From the NCBI GenBank assembly GCA_951406725.2, contig OX597820.1, positions 18,476,001 through 18,540,000 on the forward strand: a stretch of DNA of 64,000 bases. Reading direction: 5' to 3'. The notes beneath the pieces are model-generated. The model was given only the letters and a program-made list of their open reading frames with translations, had not been told where the DNA came from and searched no databases. Positions 13,181 through 25,640 of the stretch are shown one piece after another. How positions within the stretch are numbered: the stretch's first letter is position 1; the number at the start of each line of letters is the position of its first letter. Source of the stretch: Octopus vulgaris (Eukaryota). Both the position numbers and the translations under genes were made by a program.

Positions 13181-14376
13181 ATTCCTCAAGGCAATTTCTC
13201 ACCTTTATTATATATATATATATATATATATATAATTGATGAAGGAATCAGCAAATAGATTTAACACTAGTCTTTATTCAGTATGACAACCATTTCAGCT
13301 CATCCTACAACTGTCCATTATGGGTAGGAATCTGTGCATCTAATTGTGTTGCATCAATCTCTGCAGTTTGTGTCACATCAGCTGCATGCATAAAGGAAGG
13401 GATGTCCCAGTAGATATACTGAGTTAACGTAGGCATGTTGATCATGCCGGCTGTATTTTAGTTTTATATACATACATGTATATGTATGTACTTGCGTGCC
13501 CCAACATGACTGCAACCACAGGTCAACGGCCTTGACCTTTCACCAATGGCCTCGGGCCCAGCAAAGAGTTTGACTGAAGCACATGCCAATGCACCCATGC
13601 ACACATGCATATCCCAATAAGGTGGACACCCTACAAAACAGACTGTCTCCCACCACCCCCAACTTATACCCCACCACACACATTACACACCACACACTAA
13701 CATAAACTATCCCCACAACCTTATCCTTTACAGGAAGAAACAATCAGGTTATATAACCTTATGCTCAACAGGGTTAGCCGATATGGTGACTGCTCTCTAT
13801 TATTGAAGGTGGAATAAAACAACCGGTCAGTGGCTGCTTTGAAAAAGAGTGGTGAAACGAAAAAGAGCCAGGGGATTAGGTTAGGAGTTATGTCCTTGGT
13901 TAAATATGCTGTGAAGCTGGTAATGGTTATCTTAAAGCATTTGTAGGAGAAGTATGCATTATTAAGTGTGGCATTCCCATGGGGATGGAGTGTATGATAT
14001 GGGGAGTGGTGTCATGTGCATAATATTTTTAGGGTGTGTGTATATGTGCATACATATATGTACATGCATATGTATATATATATATTATGCTCCAGCATGG
14101 CCACAGTCAACTGACTATGTCTTGTTTCTCTGTTTACTCTTTCATTGTTCGGAAAAAAAGTTCGTTTCTATGTTTTTGATTTTATGTTTTCGTTTCTCAT
14201 TGTGTTCAACGTTTATTCCATGTCCTCTACCCATATATGCATGTATATATACATATATATGTTGGTATGTACATATATGTATGTATATATGCATATATTT
14301 ATATATTATTTATATTATTATATGATTGAATGCCATGCATCCCTTTACAAGTCAGTTTTATCTACATACACACACA

Positions 14377-14428
<52 letters not shown>

Positions 14429-14442
14429 GACACACACACACA

Positions 14443-14483
<41 letters not shown>

Positions 14484-15137
14484 CCACACTCAGTCCTTAC
14501 TTAATGTTGTTGATAGACTTTTGGGAACTTACTGTCATTAAATGAAATGGCATAAAATGCCACCAGCTAAATAATATAAATAATATAAATAATATAAATA
14601 ATATAAATAACATAAACAAGAGTTACATTCTTTTAGAGTATTCCTAGATGCAAAAACATTGCAAAACTTCTAAATAACGTCTCGAGAAAAAACTTCTCAA
14701 TATTAAACATCTATAAATATGTTTACTACGCCTACATTGAAGAAAGATTAGCAAAAGCAATAAGGTTAATTATTTACTCAAAAAACATGTCTCAATATTT
14801 GTTGTTTCACATATTTTCGTCTGATTGTATAATTCCTTAAAGTAGTTGTAACCATTTATTTGTATGTTTCTGAATCTCTCCCTGTTGGTGTATATTTTTT
14901 TGGCGAGAACAGCCATTGTTTTGATTTAAATTCTGGGAAATCTCAGACAATGCTTCAGTTACTAAAAATTCTTGGTGATTCCATATCCTGACTCTCGTTA
15001 TTTTCCTCTTCTTCAGTATGGTGCTGTTCCATTTTCATGGGTTCTTAATTAGTTTTCTTCACCATGGGGTTCCAATATGGCAATACACAAAACTGGTGGC
15101 CCATGAATCACTCTGCAATTTTGTTAATAAATTATAT

Positions 15138-15540
15138 ACTCTTTACTCTTTTACTTGTTTCAGTTATTTGACTGTGTCCATGCTGGAGCACCGCCTTTAG
15201 TCGAGCAAATCGATCACAGGACTTATTCTTTGTAAGCCTAGAACTTATTCTATTGGTCTCTTTTGCCAAACCGCTAAGTGACAGGGACGTAAACACACCA
15301 GCATCGGTTGTCAAACGATGGTGGGGGAGCAAGCATATACACACACATACACATATACATATATATATATACATATGCAACAGGATTCTTTCAGTTTCCG
15401 TCTACCAAATCCACTCACAAGGTTTTGGTCGGCCCAAAGCTATAGTAGAAGAGACTTGCCCAAGGTGCCACGCAGTGGAACTGAACCCAGAACCATGTGG
15501 TTTGTAAGCAAGCTACTTACCACACAGCCACTCCTATGCC
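15138..15540 (-). mobile_element. SINE family A, full length
   Basis: tRNA-like head, internal (TA)/(CA) tract, gtaaaaga tail. Confidence 0.9.
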
Positions 15541-15909
15541 TACGGATGGCATATAAATGGCACCATGAATTGTACTTATACTCATTGCCAGTACCATGTA
15601 GAGAACACTCATGAAACATTGTGGTTATTGCCACCACCATGTAAATGACCACCTAGTTGGGGTCATTGCTGGTGCCATATAAATGGCACCCATAAATCGT
15701 AGTTATGGTTGGTGCCAGTGCCATGTAAAAAGCACCATTGCCGCTGGCATGTAAAAGTACCCATTACACTCTTGAAGTGGTTGGCATTAGGAAAGGTATC
15801 CAGCTGTAGAAACCATTCCAAAGCAGACAGGAACCTGGTGCAGTTCTCCAATTTGCCAGCTCCAGTCAAACTGTCAAACCCATGCCAGCATTGAAAGTGG
15901 ACGTTAAAT

Positions 15910-16074
15910 AATGATGATGGTGGTGGTGGTGGTGGTGGTGGTGGTGATGGTGGTGGTGGTGGTGGTGGCGGCGGTGGCGGCGGTGGCAGCGGTGGTAGTG
16001 GTGGCAGCGGCAGTGGTGGTGGTGGTGGTGGGTGATGATGATGATGATGATGATGATGGTGGTGATGATGATGT

Positions 16075-16112
<38 letters not shown>
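15910..16112. repeat. (GGT)n/(GAT)n trinucleotide tract
   Basis: Direct inspection. Confidence 0.95.
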
Positions 16113-16781
16113 GTTTAGACATACAGGTCAGAAAGTTTTAAGTAAATATAATCACATGGACAAATTTATTTGTCAAACTGGAGAACACCACCTGTTCTGG
16201 ATTTCTGCGGAAATAGCTATTTCCACAGACTTTAGCCTCATCTCTGTTATATTATTCTTCACCAGTTAGATTAATTATGATTTCCTCAAAGCTCGAAGAG
16301 GATGAAGATGTTGGGTTCTGTTACTTTTCTCTTCTTTCTTTCTTTTCATTACACTTTTTTGTATCAGCCTTCTTTGCATTTTTCTTCTCATTTTTTTTCT
16401 CAAGTTTTCTCATAGATCAGAGTCCTGGTTTTTAAATACATCTCATGATATGCACCAAGCCTGAAATGCTGCTTAGAGATAAAAAGCATGTAAACAAATC
16501 TTCCAATTTATTGTATCTCTAAAGCATGAAACTATTACTTGCAGTTTTCTAAATTGTGTATATTAAATTATTTATATGTGTATATATATCAGCCATGACT
16601 ATCTGTCTCTAAATATTAATGTTTATTTAATTTAGTGATTTTTTAAAATAATATTTATTATAGTATATTTAAATGTTTCTATATGATATAAAGTCTCTTA
16701 CTATTGAATTACTTAATAGAGGTTATTTCTCTTAATTATACACACATATATATATATATGTGTGTATGTGTGTGTGTGTGT

Positions 16782-17125
16782 ATTCTTTTATTCTTTTACT
16801 TGTTTCAGTCATTTGACTGTGGCCATGCTGGAGCACCGCCTTTAGTCGAAGAAATTGACCCCAGGACTTATTCTTTGTAAGCCTATTACTTATTCTATCG
16901 GTCTCTTTTTGCCGAACCGCTAAGTTACAGGGACGTAAACACACCACCATCAGTTGGGGGACAAACATATACATATATATACATATATACAACGGGCTTC
17001 TTTCAGTTTCCATCTACCAAATCCATTCACGAGGCTTTGGTAGGCCCAAGGCTATAGCAGAAGACACTTGCCTCATAGTGGGATTGAACCCGGAACACCA
17101 TGTGATTGGGAAGCAAGCTTCTTAC
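16782..17125 (-). mobile_element. SINE family A
   Basis: Matches consensus. Confidence 0.85.
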
Positions 17126-17197
17126 TATATATATATAGAGAGATATTTATATATATATGTGCATATATATACATATACATATTTATATATATATAGT

Positions 17198-17256
<59 letters not shown>

Positions 17257-17514
17257 TCACCTATAACATATATAAATATATAAATAGGCATATACGCATA
17301 TATAAATATAAATATATATCTCATGGGCTTCTTTCAGTTTCTGTCTACCAAATTCATTCAGAAGGCATAGGTTGGCCTGAGGCCATAATAGAAGACACTT
17401 GCTCAAAGTACCAGGCAATGAGAATGAACCAGGAACCATGTACTGAGAAGCATGCTTCATACCACACAGCCATGCCTGCCTTAATAACAATAATAATAAT
17501 AATAACCCTTACTA

Positions 17515-17705
17515 GTATTAGCACAAGGCCTGAAATTTTGGGTGAGGAGACAAGTCAATTACATTGACCCCAGTGCATAACTAGTACTTAATTCATCAAC
17601 CCTGAAAAGATGAAAGGCAAAGTCAACCTCGGCGGAATTTGAACTCAGAATGTAAAGACACTAAGCATTTTCACTGGGAAGCTAACTTCCTACAAACTCA
17701 CTACC
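17515..17705 (-). mobile_element. SINE family B
   Basis: Matches consensus. Confidence 0.8.
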
Positions 17706-17706
17706 T

Positions 17707-17755
<49 letters not shown>

Positions 17756-17779
17756 GTAATAATAGTAATAATAATAATA

Positions 17780-19057
17780 AAGGAATGTTATAGGAGACTT
17801 CGTGCAGTCCTGAAATCTGAACTAAATGCACGTAACAAGGTGTTCGCTATAAATTCCTTAGCAGTTCCAGTTGTTACTTATAGCTACAATGCGTTGAACT
17901 GGAATATGAGTGAAGTAAAGAATATAGATAGGAAAATACGCAAGCTGCTGAGTTGTAATAGGATGCACCACCCAAAGGCAGACGTAGATCGCCTTTACCT
18001 TCCCAGAGCCCAAGGAGGTCGAGGCCTGATCCAATTTGAACTAGCTTACAAAACAACCACAATTGGACTGGCCAAATATCTCAAAATAACGAATGACTGG
18101 ATGCTAAAGCTCGTGGAAAATCACGAGAGACGAAATAAGCTTCATTCTATCATAACGGAAAGCAAAAAATTTGCTATTGATCTCGTGCAGGATACCCAAA
18201 CTGAACAACCCGAGGGAAGTACGGCAACTATTGTTGCAAAGAAGGTAAAAATAATGGCAACAAAAAAAGCGCACGAGCAATTGGCTGATAGGTGGGAGGA
18301 GAAACCTCTGCACGGCAAATATGTGGCCCGCAGCAAACAAGCTGATGTTGACCAGAAGCAAACCCATCAGTGGCTACGGAGCTCAGGGCTAAAAGCAGAG
18401 AGCGAAGGTTTCATCCTGGCTGCTCAAGATCAAAGCCTATTAACCCGGAACTACCAGGCCAATGTGATGAAAAATGGAGCAGACCTAAAATGCCGATTCT
18501 GCAACGACATGATTGAAACAGTGGACCACCTAATCTCTGGAAGTAAAGTCTTAGCACCAGTGGAGTATAAATTAAGACATGACAGAGTTGGCCAATATCT
18601 ACACTGGCTAATAAGTCGGCATTACAATATCAAAACTGCCGACAAGTGGTATAATCACCACTCTGAAGCTGTAACTGAAGGAGAAAATGTAACCATTCTG
18701 TGGGACTTTCCAGTACATACAGACCGAACCATCAAGGCCAATAAACCAGATATTGTTGTGAAAGACCAAAACAATAAAGTTTGCTTATTGATCGACATGA
18801 GCATCCCCTGTGATCATAATATCTCAGCGAAAGAGTTTGACAAGCTCAGAAAATATAAAGACCTACTCATTGAAATTGAGAAAATGTGGCATCTCAAGGC
18901 AGTTACAATACCAGTGATCGTAGGAGCACTAGGAATGATCAAGAAGGGAACCGAAAATTATATGAGAATGATCCCTGGCTTACCATCCCTGCAAGAAGTG
19001 CAAAAGATTGTCTTAACTGGTACATCACACGTATTGAGAAGAGCATTGTCGATGTGA
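17780..19057 (+). CDS. C-terminal part of R4/Dong-clade non-LTR retrotransposon ORF (RT thumb, Zn knuckle, restriction-like endonuclease), 5'-truncated
   Basis: About 425 open codons: RLYLPRAQGGRGL, LHGKY, AAQDQSL, CRFC..ETVDHLISG, RHD, LWDF, NKPDIV, LIDMSIP; the ORF track's N-terminal extension is only (TAA)n and SINE sequence. Confidence 0.92.
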   Translation, partial: KECYRRLRAVLKSELNARNKVFAINSLAVPVVTYSYNALNWNMSEVKNIDRKIRKLLSCNRMHHPKADVDRLYLPRAQGGRGLIQFELAYKTTTIGLAKYLKITNDWMLKLVENHERRNKLHSIITESKKFAIDLVQDTQTEQPEGSTATIVAKKVKIMATKKAHEQLADRWEEKPLHGKYVARSKQADVDQKQTHQWLRSSGLKAESEGFILAAQDQSLLTRNYQANVMKNGADLKCRFCNDMIETVDHLISGSKVLAPVEYKLRHDRVGQYLHWLISRHYNIKTADKWYNHHSEAVTEGENVTILWDFPVHTDRTIKANKPDIVVKDQNNKVCLLIDMSIPCDHNISAKEFDKLRKYKDLLIEIEKMWHLKAVTIPVIVGALGMIKKGTENYMRMIPGLPSLQEVQKIVLTGTSHVLRRALSM

Positions 19058-19234
19058 GAACTGTTGCTGCTCATGTATTTTAATTTAACTTAAAAAAAAA
19101 AAAAAAAAAAAAAATGAACGAACTATTGAGTTTGGTTTAATGGCCTACCAATGTATACTATGAGTTCCTTTGCCCTAGGAGTCGGGAAGACACTCGGCAA
19201 GAAATGGAAGCAAATTTGAAAGAAGAAAAAAAAA

Positions 19235-19235
<1 letters not shown>
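17780..19235 (+). mobile_element. R4/Dong-like element inserted in (TAA)n
   Basis: ORF plus about 180-nt 3' UTR, with (TAA)n on both sides. Confidence 0.9.
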
Positions 19236-19267
<32 letters not shown>

Positions 19268-19334
19268 GTAGTAGTAGTAGTAATAGTAGTAGTAGTAGTA
19301 GTAGTAGTAATAATAATAATAATAATAATAAATT

Positions 19335-19808
19335 AACTGGATATTATTATAAAAGATCAGACAAAAAAGGTGTGTTTATTAATTGACATGAGTATTCCCT
19401 GCGATCATAATATAGCGGCGAAAGAATTTGACAAGATCAGTAAATATAAAGACTTGCTAATAGAAATCGAAAAAAGTGGCATCTCATGGCGACTACAGTA
19501 CCAGTGATTGTAGGATCTCTAGGAATGATAAAAAAAGGTACTGAAACCTATTTGAAAATGATACCAGGCTTACCATCCCTACAGGAAGTGCAAAAAATCT
19601 TGTTAACTGGAACAACACATGTACTGAGAACATTATCGCTGTGAAAACATCAATTTATGAATTTATTTATTTATTAATTTTTTAAATACATATTTTACCT
19701 GTAAATTTGTGTGCAATCTGGGAATGCATACAATGAGCTTCTGTGCCCTAGGTGTACGGAAAACACTCGGCGAGAAATGGAAGAAAATTTGAAGAAAAAA
19801 GGAAAAAA
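19335..19808 (+). mobile_element. Second, shorter R4/Dong-like copy (different subfamily, frameshifted)
   Basis: DIIIKDQTKKVCLLIDMSIPCDHNIAAKEFDK..., related 3' UTR, TAA flanks. Confidence 0.88.
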
Positions 19809-19837
19809 TAATAATAACAATAATAGTAATAATAATT

Positions 19838-20040
19838 TTGGCACAAGGGCAGCAACTTTGGGGGAGAGGACAAGTCGATTACATTGACCCCAGTGTTCAA
19901 CTGGTACTTATTTTATTGACCCCTGGAGGATGAAAGGTAAAGTCGACCTCGTCAGAATTTGAACCCAGAACGCAAAGATGGATGAAAGGCTGTTAAGCAT
20001 TTTCCCCGGCATGCTAACGTTCTGAAAGCTTGCTGCCTTA
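19838..20040 (-). mobile_element. SINE family B
   Basis: Matches consensus. Confidence 0.85.
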
Positions 20041-20042
20041 TA

Positions 20043-20077
<35 letters not shown>

Positions 20078-20083
20078 AATAAC

Positions 20084-20119
<36 letters not shown>

Positions 20120-20237
20120 TAATAATAATAATAGCAGTAATAATAATATCAATAATAGTAATATCAATAATAATAATAATAATAATAATCATAATAATAA
20201 TAATAATAGTAATAACAACAACAACAACAACAACAAC

Positions 20238-20271
<34 letters not shown>

Positions 20272-20679
20272 TTAATAATTACAATATCAATAATTTTTGT
20301 AAGTGTATTTGAAATCAATATATAATACTGTTTTTTTTTTTATGTTAGATATCAATAATTCTGATAACAACAACAACAACAACAGTAGGAGCAATAACAA
20401 GAAAAACGAAGGAATTTCTACGTATAATTATAATTATTTGGTTTATCTCTTTTGGGATGATTCAGTGAAATACATGGACAGGAAATGTGTTCCTACAGTT
20501 ATTACTTCTTCGTAGCTAATACTTTATATTCACATTCTCTCTCACTGCCTTTCTTTCTTTCTTTCTGCCCACCTCCTCAGCTCTCTTTCTCTCTGGCTTT
20601 CTCTCATTATATATGCGTATGTATATGTATGGATGTATGTATGTGTGTATGTATGTATGTATGTATGTATGTATGTATG

Positions 20680-20713
<34 letters not shown>

Positions 20714-20764
20714 TATGTATGTATATGTGTGTGTATATATACATACATACATATATATATACAT

Positions 20765-20798
<34 letters not shown>

Positions 20799-20813
20799 GT
20801 ATGTATATAGATT

Positions 20814-20849
<36 letters not shown>

Positions 20850-20926
20850 TATAGATATATATACATATATGTATGTGATATATAGATATATATACATATA
20901 TGTATGTATATATATGTGTGCATGTT

Positions 20927-20966
<40 letters not shown>

Positions 20967-21272
20967 TATACATATATGTACATATATATTTGTATGTATG
21001 TATATATGTGTGTGCGTATATGTGTGTGTGTATATGTGTGTGTGTGTGATATACATATATATTGTGTATGTATATATATATATACTTGTATATACACACA
21101 TGCACAGTTATATCTATATCATATATATATATATGCTTATGTATCATACATGTATATATATATATATAATAGATATGTAAGTAGGTAAGTAGGTAGATAG
21201 ATAGTGAGAGAGAGAGATGCAAATAAGCAAAGCATATATGCATACATGGCATGTGTACACACACACACACGT

Positions 21273-21320
<48 letters not shown>

Positions 21321-21325
21321 ATACG
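20041..21325. repeat. Microsatellite cluster (GAT, TAA, CAA, GTAT, GATA, TA, CA)
   Basis: Direct inspection. Confidence 0.9.
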
Positions 21326-22084
21326 TATAATCACTAATTCAAGCTGAGAAAGGGGAAGTATGCATACTGACAACAAACAGACGGTGGGTCTGTTTCTCAT
21401 TTCTGTCTCATATTGGTACTTACATATATTATATTCTCTCTAATTCCTGAAAACATCAGTGTTCGAAGGATTTATCTTCTTAATCCTCTTGAGTCACCAT
21501 CCAATCACTATAAACCAGAAATGGAATTGGTTTTAATGTCTAATAAGATATTAGTATAATCTTCAAAGAGGAGCTGTAGAACCAAGTGGGTGCGGTAATG
21601 GAATGTTTGAGAACCATTCTGAGAGGTTCCTGGTACATTTTGGATTAATACTGACCACTTTTTCTTTTATTATTTTTTTTTTTGTTTTGCTTATAGTCAC
21701 TGAACTGTGGCCATTTTGGGGTACCACTTTCAAGGGTGAGTTTTAGTCAAAGAAATAGACCCCTGGCATTTTTTTTCACTTCCCTATCTCCATTTTCTTT
21801 TTCTTCTTTTATATATATATATATAAAATCAAATAAAGGTAGAAATTGATATTAATCAATTAAAACCAGTGGCCTAACATATTTTTAAAAATCCAAAGAT
21901 TAAAAATTTTTTTACATACAAAATTTAGAAGACTGACCAATAAAAGTGGACAGCCTTTGGTTTTTTGCTGAATTTTTTCTTGAGAATACATTCCTCATGG
22001 AAAATGGCGATTTTGACATCTATATTTAGCATACAAGCTGTCCACTTTTAGTGGTCAGTCATCTAAATTTTATATATATATATC

Positions 22085-22347
22085 GCTGGACTGGCTCCTG
22101 TGCAGGTGGCACATAAAAAAAGCACCATTTGAGTGTGGCCGTTGCCAGTACCGCCTGACTGGCCCTCATGCCGGTGGCACGTAAAAGCACCCACTACACT
22201 CTCGGAGTGGTTGGTGTTAGGAAGGGCATCCAGCTGTAGAAACTCTGCCAGATCAGATTGGAGTCTGGTTCGCCAGACCTCAGTCAAATCGTCCAACCCA
22301 TACTAGCATGGAAAGCTGATGTTAAACAATGATGATGATGATGATGA
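22085..22347 (+). mobile_element. SINE-like family C
   Basis: Core plus (GAT)n tail. Confidence 0.85.
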
Positions 22348-22365
22348 TTTATATATATATATTTA

Positions 22366-22950
22366 TTGGACCAGGTAATGAAGGTCACGGTGTGGGTCAT
22401 AGCCCAACTAATTAGGAAGAGAGTCAACCTAGATGAGATCCAGTTTGGGTTAGTGCCAGGGGAAAGCACCATTGATGCTATATTTCTGGTAAGACAGCAG
22501 CAGGAGAAATACCTAGCTGAAGATAAACTTCTGTACCTGTCTGGCTTTCATTGACATGGAAAAAGCCTTTGAAAGGGTCCTCTGATCCCTTATCTGGTGG
22601 TCAATGAGGAAACTAGGAATAGATGAATGGTTAGTGAGAGCTGTGCAAGCCATGTACAGGGATGCTGTCAGTAAGGTGAGGGTTGGCAACAAGTACAGTG
22701 GAGAATTCCAGGTAGGGGTAGGAGGTCCACCAACGATCAGTGCTCAGCCCCCTCTTATTCATCATAGTCCTCCAAGCAATAACAGAGAAATTCAAGAGAG
22801 GATGCTCCTGGGAGCTCCTCAATGCTAATGACCTTGCCCTAATTGCTGAGTCACTATCAGAACTAGAGAAGAAGTTTCAGGTGTGGAAGCAAGGATTAGA
22901 ATCGAAAGGGCCTTAGAGCCAAAGTCTTAATGAGTAAGAAGGCAGACAAA
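22366..22950 (+). mobile_element. RTE-clade LINE reverse transcriptase remnant
   Basis: QFGLVPGESTIDAIFLVRQQQEK, IDMEKAFE, HQRSVLSPLLFIIV, ELLNANDLALIAES (decayed YADD); frameshifts and stops. Confidence 0.9.
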
Positions 22951-22954
22951 CCGT

Positions 22955-23429
22955 CCTTTTGTTGCTGCATTTATTTTGAGATGCTCTGTGTTTCAAATAT
23001 TTTTAATTATAAAAAAGAATTTAGTAAAATAACTTAGTTATCATTCAGCTAGTGTTAGGAACATAAATTGTGACTAAGGTTTGATGGAAAATTTTAATTC
23101 AGAACTTATGAAAACAAGACGTTTGTACTATAGAGCCAGAGGCAGTTTCAGCCGGGCTGGTATCAAAAGAGTTAAGAATTATTTCTCTTTTATATATTTT
23201 AACCCTTTGTTACCATATTTATTTTGAGATGCTCTGTGTTTCTTTCAATTAATTTTAAATATAACAAAGAATATAGTAAAATAACTTAGTAATCATTCAG
23301 CTGTTGTTAGGAACATAAACTGTGACTAAGGTTTGGTGGAAGATTTTAATTCAAATCTTATGAAAGCAAGAAGACATTTGTACTCAGAGCCAGAGGCAGT
23401 TTCATCCGGGTTGGTAACAAAAGGGTTAA
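22955..23429. mobile_element. Two tandem TTAA-type (piggyBac-like) MITEs; intact copy 23199-23429
   Basis: TTAA-CCCTTTGTTACCA ... TGGTAACAAAAGGG-TTAA. Confidence 0.8.
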
Positions 23430-23479
23430 AGATATTCTTGGTCATTGTTGATCTGAATGGAATTACCTTTGTCACTTGG

Positions 23480-23707
23480 TTTGACTCAAGAGGAGGAAGA
23501 GATCCAATTTCATATCAACATTTATTCTGATTTTTTGGACATCCAGAAGTTTATATACTAATTTTAACAGAATTTGGTGTAATTTCCTACATTGTTTCCC
23601 ACTACTCTTTAAAAAAAGGAAACTTTCAGAAGACTCGGAATAATTTATGCAATATTATCCATTGGACTTCTAGGATTTATCGTCTGAGCCCAACGTATAC
23701 TTACATT
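23480..23707 (+). pseudogene. COX1: Nuclear mitochondrial insertion (NUMT) of a cox1 fragment
   Basis: Invertebrate mitochondrial code gives [46 protein letters not shown], +1 frameshift, [24 protein letters not shown]. Confidence 0.95.
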
Positions 23708-23789
23708 ACTTGGTTGTTGTTGTTGGTGGTGGTGTTGGATGCTGTGGTGCTGACCGGTTGAATTGATGAATGAAAATATGCTTCTTGAG

Positions 23790-23998
23790 TTCTTTACTCT
23801 TTTAGTTGTTTCAGTCATTTGACTATGGCCATGCTGGAGCACTGCCTTTAGTCGAGCAAATTGACAACAGGACTTATTCTTTGTAAGCCTAGTACTTATT
23901 CTATCAGTTTCTTTTGCCGAACTGCTAAGTTAAGGGGACGTAAATACACCAGCATCGGCTGTCAAGCGATGTTGGGGGAACAAACACAGACACACAAA

Positions 23999-24038
<40 letters not shown>

Positions 24039-24208
24039 CATATATACGATAGGCTTCTTTCAGTTTCTGTCTACCAAATCCACTCACAAGGCTTTGGTCG
24101 GCCCGAGGCTGTAGTAGAAGACACTTGCCCAAGGTGCCACGCAGTGGGACTGAACCCGGAACTATGTGGTTTGTAAGCAAGCTATGTACCACACAGCCAC
24201 TCCTACGC
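23790..24208 (-). mobile_element. SINE family A, full length
   Basis: Matches consensus. Confidence 0.9.
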
Positions 24209-24404
24209 CTACGTGTATAGAAGTTATTGAACAACATCAGTGAATAATTGATACAAGATTCTATTATCACACATAAAGACAAAACTGCATTGGACCTTTG
24301 CAGGTAACAACAGCAATAATTACAAACTGCGAGAGAGATACTGCTTGGCGTTTACAGCAAACTATTGATTATGGCAAAATGCAGCTTGCCCAACATAACT
24401 GGAA

Positions 24405-24696
24405 ACACATTATTTACATTATTTACATTTGACGGATATTTGTTCTCATCTTGTTTGTTGTTAACACAACGTTTTGGGTGATATACCCTCCAGCCTTCAT
24501 CGGGTGTCTTGGGGCAATTTCGAACATGGGTTCTTATTCCTAAGGTATTTTTCGATGCCACCACCACCACCACCACCACCATCACCATCATCATCATCAT
24601 CATCATCATTCAGGTCACTGCCTGGAATCGAACTCGGAATCTTGGGGTTAGTAGCCTGCTCTCTTAACCACTACGCCATATGTCCATGGGCAGTGA

Positions 24697-24767
<71 letters not shown>

Positions 24768-24939
24768 TCGAAAAATACCTTAGGAATGAGAACCCAGGTT
24801 CAAAATTTCCCCAAGACACCTGATGAAGGCTGGAGGGTCTAACAGCCGAAACGTTGTGTTAACAACAAACAAGATGAGGACAAATATCCGTCAAATGTAA
24901 ATAATGTACATAATTCCTCATCTCTTAAATATAGAACTG
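24405..24939. mobile_element. tRNA-headed, hammerhead-containing short element: minus copy (about 24685 to 24405) plus inverted 5'-truncated plus copy (24690-24939)
   Basis: Minus strand TGGCGTAGTGG (A box) and GTTCGATTCC (B box), microsatellite spacer, body with HHR, aatgtaaat tail; related copies at 36745-36995 and 47615-48220. Confidence 0.8.
24816..24859 (+). ncRNA. Minimal type-I hammerhead ribozyme, intact core
   Basis: ACAC-CTGATGA-A-GGCTG(gagggtctaa)CAGCC-GAAA-CG-TT-GTGT. Confidence 0.8.
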
Positions 24940-25077
24940 AATAACTGGATACAATTGTACTGTATTCATAGCCACTGAGGTTTCTGTTATCTTTCTGCAC
25001 CATCAGTCTTAGCCACCTTCATGAGTCATCTGGCTGGTAGAAGTGCATGCTGAACGGTTTTTATAAGGGACCAGAAA

Positions 25078-25311
25078 AGGCAGCGAGCTGGCAGACACGT
25101 TAGCGCACCAGGCGAAATGCTTAGCCGTATTTCATCTGTCGTTACATTCTGAGTTCAAATTCCGCCGAGGTCAACTTTGCCTTTCATCTTTTCGGGGGTC
25201 GATAAATAAAGTACCAGTTTTGCACTGAGGTCGATGTAATCGATTTAATCCCTTTGTCTGTCCTTGTTTGTCCCCTTCTATGTTTAGCCCCTTGTGGGCA
25301 ATAAAGAAAAA
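25078..25311 (+). mobile_element. SINE family B with 15-bp TSD
   Basis: tataag(g/a)gaccagaa at 25062-25076 and 25312-25326. Confidence 0.9.
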
Positions 25312-25640
25312 TATAAGAGACCAGAAGCTGAATTCTTTAAGATTCAAGAAGACCTTTCTATGCTATCCTTCACATTGATTGGTCAGTTAATTGGCCAATC
25401 ATGTGAAACTATGGTGGCTTGCTCGTGATGTCTGACCGTGTATCCAGCGATTCGATTTCGAATCACAACACCTTCACATGGTTTATATCGTTAATAAAAT
25501 ATGCCATCAGTCTATTGATGATTAAGATAATCAAGAATGCAGAGAGATTTAATAATATAACTAAGTTTGTTTCCATTGAATTGGCATTTGGAAAGTAACT
25601 TCACATATAGACTTACTTAAGATTATAATGGAAGATTCAA

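Noticed and set aside
16150-16460. Lys-rich minus-strand reading resembling a pogo-type C-terminus
   Set aside because: Multiple stops and too little motif evidence
24610-24685. Functional tRNA-Ser gene with ACT anticodon
   Set aside because: No proper acceptor stem or long variable arm; recurs as an element head, and the triplet is GCT in the 48-kb copy
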